A stretch of 60,669 nucleotides of DNA, the filler included, from Pirum gemmata (lineage: Eukaryota): the NCBI GenBank assembly GCA_002812295.1. It is 14 parts of 14 records of this genome, joined end to end, with 100 filler letters (N's around TTAATTAATTAA, not from the genome) between each part and the next. Parts side by side here need not be neighbours in the genome. Positions count along the whole stretch, not along the records: positions 52,243 to 56,402 come from PDIN01001436.1; positions 56,503 to 60,669 come from PDIN01001437.1; 12 more parts are not named here. One strand, written 5' to 3'. Under the pieces are notes generated by a model, which worked only from the letters and a program-made list of their open reading frames with translations, made no database searches and was not told where the DNA came from. Each line of letters starts with the position of its first letter. Positions within the stretch are counted from its first letter, which is position 1. This document shows, piece after piece, positions 53,940 through 60,669 of this stretch. Made by a program: the position numbers and the translations under genes.

Positions 53940-56030
53940 TATTCACTCTATTAATACACCTTTCTAATGCAAATGATTATATTCTAGCTTGGCTGTAGTT
54001 ATAGTATTGTATTTTTAAGCTGGAGCAAGGGGAGCAAGGGGAGCAAAATTTGTTTTTATTTATAATTAATTTAATATTAATATTATTAATATTATATAAT
54101 TATAACAATATTATAATAATTTATTAATAATAAGATGGTCAACCTGCAGCTGTTACTGTTACAAAAATCATCATTCATTATATTCTAAACTGTAGTTATA
54201 GTATTGTATTAAGATTTTAATCTTGTTTTAAATTTTATTCTTTGTTTTTATTTAATTTGTTAACAATGTAATAATTTAAATTTATTAATAATAAAATGTT
54301 CAACCTGTTATTGTTACAAAAATCATCATTCATTAAAAAAGAAGATCACATCCGCAACACCCAACAAGTTTTAAAATATTCAAATTCACTCTACATCTTT
54401 TTAATACAAATGATATATAATACTGCCATATATTAATACTTCCCTGCACCTTTTTAATACAAATGATACTGCTATAATTCCCTGTAGTTATATTATATAT
54501 AGTATTGTATTAATTAAGCTGAAGCTTGTTTTTATTCTTTAAATTTGTTTTTATTTAATTTATAATAACAATGTAATAATTTATTAATAATAAAATGCTT
54601 AAAAGCTTGTTTTTATTCTTTGTTTTTATTTAATTTAATTAATTAACAATATTAATGTAATAATTAATTAATAATAAAATGTGTAACCTTTTATTAATGT
54701 TAATATTGTTACAAAAATCATCGTTCATCAAAATCCGCAACACCCAACAAGTTAATATTCGAATTCACTCTACATCTTTTTAATGCAAATGATATACTGC
54801 CATACTTCCCTGTAGTTATAAATAGTATTGTATTAAGCTTTTATTAAGCTTGTCTTTATTCTTTGTTTTATTTAATTAAATTTAACAAGTATAATACTAG
54901 TGTAATTTAATAATTTATTAATGTTATTGTTACAAAAATCATCGTTAAAAAAGAGAATCTCATCCACAACACCTAACAAGTTAATATTCAAATTCACTCT
55001 ACATCTTTTTAATACAAATGATATACTGCCATACTTCCCTGTAGTTATAAATAGTATTAATATTAATTGTATTAAAAGCTTAAAAGCTTGTCTTTATTCT
55101 TGGTTTTTATTTATTTTAATGAACAGTGTAATGTAATAATTATAATAAAATGTTCAACCTGTTAACATTATTGTTACAAAAATCATCATTCATTAAAAAA
55201 GGGAATCTCATCCGCAACCCTAATATTGTATTAAGCTTGTCTTTATTCTTTGTTTTTAATTATTTATTAAAACAGTGTATGACTAATATAATAATTTATT
55301 ATTATAATATGATAATAAAATGCTCAACCTGTACATGTTATTGTCACAAAAATCATCATAGAGAATCTCATCCGCAACACCTAACAATAATATCATAGAG
55401 AATCTCATCCGCAACACCTAACAATATTCATTCTGCACCTTTCTAATGCGAATGATTGTATCCTAGCTATAGTATTGTAGTATTGTAGTGTATTGTAATA
55501 AGCTTAATTAAGCTTTTCTTTATTCTTTGTTTTTATTTAATTTATTAACAGTGTAACTTATTAATATTAATTAATGATAAAATGTTCAACCTGTTATTGT
55601 TACAAAAATCATCATTAATTCATTAAAAAAAAGTATCTCATTCGCAACACCATGATTGTATCCTAGCTAGCTATAGTATTGTATTAAGCTTAAAAGCTTT
55701 TCTTTATTCTTTGTTTTTATTTAATTTATTAACAGTGTAACTTATTAATGATAAAATGTTCAACCCGTTATTGTTACAAAAATCATCATTCATTAAAAAA
55801 AACTATCCGCAACACCATTAATTAATGTATCCTAGTATTGTACTTAAGCTTTTCTTTATTCTTTGTTTTTATTTAATTTATTGACAATATTAATGTTAAT
55901 GATATAATGTTCAACCTGTTATTGTTACAAAAATCATCATTCATTAAAAAAGAGGATCTCATCCGCAACACCCAACAAGTTAATATTCACTCTACATCTT
56001 TTTATTGCAAATGATACTGCCATACTTCCT
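53940..56030 (+). repeat. Degenerate tandem satellite, about nine units of variable length
   Basis: GTTACAAAAATCATC (or a one-base variant) recurs near 54158, 54313, 54708, 54929, 55173, 55343, 55599, 55773 and 55924, with ATCCGCAACAC and AAGCTT landmarks. Confidence 0.9.
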
Positions 56031-56502
56031 CCTCTACTATAAAAATAATAGATTCAAAATAAACAGAATACCAAGTTTCGAAGCAAGATGATGTGATAAA
56101 TTTTTTTCACAAACTTTCGGGTTCCCAAATTTTTTTTATGCTTTTTTGTTGTGAAAGTGATTGTGGGATTTTGTTATTAAATTTTTTGAAGCACGTGGGG
56201 TTATAAATATTGTGAACTTTGAAAATTTGTAGTGCGAAATATTTTTATTATGCGCTTTTGTTTTTTTCGTTTTTCTCGATTTATATTTGATAAAAAGGTT
56301 TTATAATTAAATTAAGTAAGCTTGATGAAAGTATAATTCGAGTCAGCGTATTTATATATATATTTCGCACCATGGTAAGAGCAAAATCGGGAACAGGTAG
56401 AGNNNNNNNNNNNNNNNNNNNNNNNNNNNNNNNNNNNNNNNNNNNNTTAATTAATTAANNNNNNNNNNNNNNNNNNNNNNNNNNNNNNNNNNNNNNNNNN
56501 NN

Positions 56503-56536
<34 letters not shown>

Positions 56537-56697
56537 CATTATTATTGTTGTTGTTATTACTATTAGTATTATTTGTATATATTAATACCATCTATTCTAT
56601 TTTTACCTTTATTAACTTTATTTTTTATTTTCTTTATTTAAAGATTATCAATAATATTATAATTCTTTCTTCATTTTTTAGAGTAAATGTTTATTAG

Positions 56698-57499
56698 AAC
56701 CTAAAGATAGGGACGTTTCCGAGTGTTGCAAAATGTATTCTATAAATGGTAAAGATGTATTTAAAATAAAAGTTAAGAAATATCTACCCTAAACCATATA
56801 TACAATAAACGGCAAATACTAATAAATGAACCAGTTAACCAGTTTATTAATAAACGGATAAAACGATAAACCAAATAATTGGTCAATAAATCAAGTTATA
56901 AACGATGGTAATATTACTAATAAACAATAAGTGAAGAGAATTCATGAAATTACAAATCAATGAATAGTTGTTTATAAGAAAGTAAAAGTTAATTGTACTT
57001 GTAATGTGATCATTTTATTTTAAATTGTTTTATTTTAGGAAATTTATTTCGGACTGCCTTTTCTATATCACCTGTTCTCCCTATTTCTGATAATCAGCAG
57101 TTCACTTTTCAGTTTAAGGTAAGATATGTGGTGTAAAATAGGTATTATCGATGAAATTAACTACATGTTTTCGAATTTGACTATGTGAAAATTTTAAGTT
57201 TTGCATTAGTATGGGAAATAGTTGAAATTGTATTCTAGTTTTCTTTAAATTCTAATATTTTGTTGTAATAATAGGATGGTGATAAATGCTCATTTGTATT
57301 GGTGACAGACGAAGTACCCAAAACCAAAGAAGGTACTGTGTATTTTGATTTTATTTATTATTTACACTCGTGCATTTAATTGGTGTATTAACAAAATCCT
57401 TGTTTCTAATAAATAGATGTCACTGTGAAAATAACGAAAGGGAGCTGTCCACGCAGAGCTGCTATGCTTGTCAAAGAAATAAAAAATATGGCTATATAA
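56698..57499 (+). CDS. 3' four exons of an uncharacterised spliced gene
   Basis: GT-AG exons 56698-56748, 57039-57118, 57275-57332 and 57417-57499 join in phase to PKDRDVSECCKMYSINGNLFRTAFSISPVLPISDNQQFTFQFKDGDKCSFVLVTDEVPKTKEDVTVKITKGSCPRRAAMLVKEIKNMAI*. Confidence 0.75.
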
Positions 57500-58655
57500 T
57501 TAATTATTTATTATTATTTAGTTGTGTTGTGTGCTGCCTAAATCAAAAAAAAAATGATAAAATATGGTAATTTTTGTCTTGCTTTTCTGGCTTTGAGAGT
57601 ATGATAAAGTCTGTCGATAGTATTCAAGATCACATTAAATCCAATTTTCTGTCTTTGTTGTTGCTGTTGCATATTTGTTATGACTTTATATCAAAATGGT
57701 TGAGTATCGAAAAAGCATTGGTAATTTTTTTTTTATTATGATTCTCTTAATTAAATTGCTATGTTATAATTCTTGTGTTGTCAGATTTACATTGTTTATG
57801 TAAGGGACGGACGTGATACTTTTTGCAGGGACTGTTTTTAGTACCATTCTTTTTAACATTTAAACACCGAGATGAAGGTATGTGCAAGTTAAAATAACAG
57901 ATTGAATAAGAAGATAAGTTGGTTAATCAGGAGCAACCCATATTAAACCCAATCAGAAAAGACAACCAAAGTTATTTTGACGAAAGTTACGTTTATTGCT
58001 TTACTATTGCTGTCCCGACGAAAATCTGAAACACAAAAAAAGCCAATCTGTTATTTTTTGTAACTTTGTAAGTTCATGAGTAAAACCCAAAAGTCTATAG
58101 TGTAACTAAATTTTATTTTGTATGATATAATATTTAATAAAAGGGTTGTTGGAGGTTAGTATGGAAATCATATATTTTAAGTATGTAACAATTAATTTTT
58201 TCTTCGTTAGCTAGCTCGATTTCTATTTAATTATTCCCGTTTCATAATTCACATGCCTTACTTACTTGGTAATCTTGCCCGGAATTTTTAACGAGATTGC
58301 CTAATAAAATTTTCCTAATTTGGAATAAATTGATCTAAAAATAGTAATATTTAAACCTTTTCAAAAAACGAAAAGATGGACAATAGAAACAATTATTATT
58401 GATTGTATTATGCTTGTTATTATTCTTATGTCAGTTTTGTTTTTATAAAGCTTAAAGCAATTTTATTGCTTTTATGATTCTCTCTTTCACCTTTATTATT
58501 TGAAGGATGGTATTACTTGTTTTAATTTACTTGTTATAATTTTTTATTATTTATTATTATTATTATTATTAGTATTAAGATTGTAATTATAAGTAATAGA
58601 ATAATGATAAGTTTAAAAAAAAAAAAAAACAAACAAACCTCTTTTAAATNATTGG

Positions 58656-58980
58656 TTTGTAAAATTTAGAAGTAATTTTATTCAAAAGTTCCACTCTATT
58701 CCCTCCTTTTATACTTTCTCATAATTCTAAATTTTCTCTCTTTGCAATCGTAGCCCTTTTTGATTGGTACAAATAATTTTCAACCATGGGGCATTTTCGT
58801 CATCCACCCCGGGGTTATTTCACATTATCTGGTAAAGCCCAAAAGTTCCCCCACAGCCAAGCATTCCAAACATCCTTTCTTCTGATATCACTTTGTCATC
58901 GCGTATCACTTTGTCATCGCGTATTACTTTGTCATAGCGTATCACTCTTTTCTTCTCATCATGCGCAATTTCAAAGAGGT

Positions 58981-58981
<1 letters not shown>
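58656..58981. mobile_element. Arm or terminal region of the foldback family
   Basis: Collinear with 60340-60669; contains (GTATCACTTTGTCATCGC)n repeats; ends CAATTTCAAAGAGGTG. Confidence 0.7.
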
Positions 58982-59016
<35 letters not shown>

Positions 59017-59458
59017 TTTTAAACTTATCATTATTCTATTAATAAGATTGTTATTGTTATTATGACGATTTGGAAATTTTATTTTATAAAATTTAGAAGT
59101 AATTTTATTCATTTGTATAGGAGCTGCGCAGCTAGCTAATTTTCAGGATTATTTTTCACAAAAACAAGGTTTGATTTTTGGCCAAATTTTAAGTAACAAA
59201 GAAAAGATTTTATAAGTAAAATTTCCATGTTTAGTATATTGAATATCATATTTAGTAATAAAGTTACTATAAATTGCTATAAATTACTCTATTTAGTAAC
59301 ACTATTGCTATAAAAGGAAATTTTTTGATTATTCTGATTACCAAAGATATCTATCCATGTTCTAAATTGATCACCTGTGCAGATTTTTATTTTTATTTTT
59401 TTTGGACACAGGTGATAAATATATAGATTTTAACACCCGTGTAATAGAATACTGATTA

Positions 59459-59501
<43 letters not shown>

Positions 59502-59688
59502 NNNNNNNNNNNNNNNNNNNNNNNNNNNNNNNNNNNNNNNNNNNNNNNNNNNNNNNNNNNNNNNNNNNNNNNNNNNNNNNNNNNNNNNNNNNNNNNNNNN
59601 NNNNNNNNNNNNNNNNNNNNNNNNNNNNNNNNNNNNNNNNNNNNNNNNNNNNNNNNNNNNNNNNNNNNNNNNNNNNNNNNNNNNNNNN

Positions 59689-60453
59689 TGTACCAATCAA
59701 AAATGGCTAAGATTAAAAAGAGAGAAAATTTAGAATTATGAAAAAGTATAAAAGGCAGAAATGGAATTGAACTTTTGAATAAAATTACTTCTAAATTTTA
59801 AACTAATCAGTATTCTATTACCGTGGATACTTTTTTTCAAATCTATATAAATGTATCACCCGTGGATACTTTTTTTTATATCCATAGGTGACAAATTGTA
59901 GGTTATTGTCACTGGATATTTTTTTTTTTAGTATCCACAGGTGACAAATATATATAAATTGATCACCTGTGTATCTAGATTTTTTTTTTTTTTTGGACAC
60001 AGGTGATTGAAAAAATGTATAGATTTTATCACCCGTGGATACTTTTTTTCGAACTTGTTGAAGATTTTCTTTCTACACAGGTGATCCATTTATAGATATA
60101 AAAAAATGTATCCAAGGGTGATACATGTGGTGACAAATTGTTGACTTCTGTCACCTGTGGATATAAAAATAAGTATCCACAGGAGACAATTACAATACTC
60201 TACAATTTATCACCTGTAGATATAAAAAAAAGTATCCACAAATGATAAAACTTAAAATATATCTGTGTGCGATATGTCCGTGTATCATATGCTCCATTGT
60301 ATTAGAAAAAATGTAAAATAAATATTGTAAAAATTGTTTTGTAAAATTTAAAAGTAATTTTATTCAAAAGTTCCATTCTATTTCTGCCTTTTATACTTTT
60401 TCATAATTCTAAATTTTCTCTCTTTTTAATCTTAGCCCTTTTTGATTGGTACA
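59689..60453. mobile_element. Large foldback with an internal array of short hairpin repeats
   Basis: ~115-bp inverted arms (59689-59800 and 60340-60453) enclose about seven TCACCTGTGGATA...TATCCACAGGTGA units. Confidence 0.75.
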
Positions 60454-60669
60454 AAATATCACAGGTGATTTTTCAACCATGGGGTATTTTCGTTATCCAT
60501 CCTGGGGTAATTTCACATTATCTGGTAAAGCCCCAAAAGTTCCCCACAGCAAAATATTTCAAACATTACATCATTTGTTCTTCTCATATTATTTTTCTTA
60601 CATCATTTTCCCTTCTCATATTATTTTTCGTACATCATTTGTCCTTCTCATCATGTGCAATTTCAAAGA

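Noticed and set aside
53940..56030. CRISPR-like repeat-spacer array
   Set aside because: The sequence between landmarks is itself repeated; there are no unique spacers.
56372..56402. MVRAKSGTG resembling DEAD-box helicase motif I
   Set aside because: Only about nine codons before the scaffold ends; cannot be separated from chance.
59821..60246. CRISPR array
   Set aside because: Units are degenerate and mirror-oriented, the linkers are short, AT-rich and partly related, no cas genes are present, and the context is eukaryotic.
59689..60453. TGT...ACA as the true termini of the foldback
   Set aside because: Homology with the 58656-58981 copy continues past these bases, so they are internal.

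Overview
This window is not contiguous genomic DNA. It is 14 short scaffolds (about 4.1-4.3 kb each, one of 5.2 kb) from a very AT-rich, intron-containing eukaryote with the standard genetic code and TTAGGG-type repeats. They are joined by 13 artificial 100-bp linkers (44 N + TTAATTAATTAA + 44 N), so adjacency across a linker has no biological meaning. Genes I can support: a complete intronless ABCG half-transporter; a 5'-truncated five-exon GH7 cellulase; three exons of a divergent pseudouridine-5'-phosphate glycosidase (PsuG)-like gene; the C-terminal end of a RapZ-CTD-like protein; a probable PNKP first exon; a four-exon 3' gene fragment missed by the ORF track; and Ty1/copia gag and RNase H remnants. 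The non-coding DNA is dominated by non-autonomous DNA transposons whose boundaries can be read from target-site duplications (TSDs). These are a ~185-bp TA-flanked MITE (about 21 copies), ~230-bp AG(T/G)AGGGGTGAGA elements (5 copies, each with its own 8-bp TSD), PIF/Harbinger-type MITEs, a 92-bp TGT..ACA palindrome with a 4-bp TSD nested in another MITE, and 34-37 bp CAAGG..CCTTG hairpins each with a unique 7-bp TSD. There is also a large foldback with an internal hairpin array, a degenerate satellite, interstitial telomeric tracts and many microsatellites. Most ORFs in the supplied track are microsatellite artefacts. The organism cannot be identified from the sequence alone.
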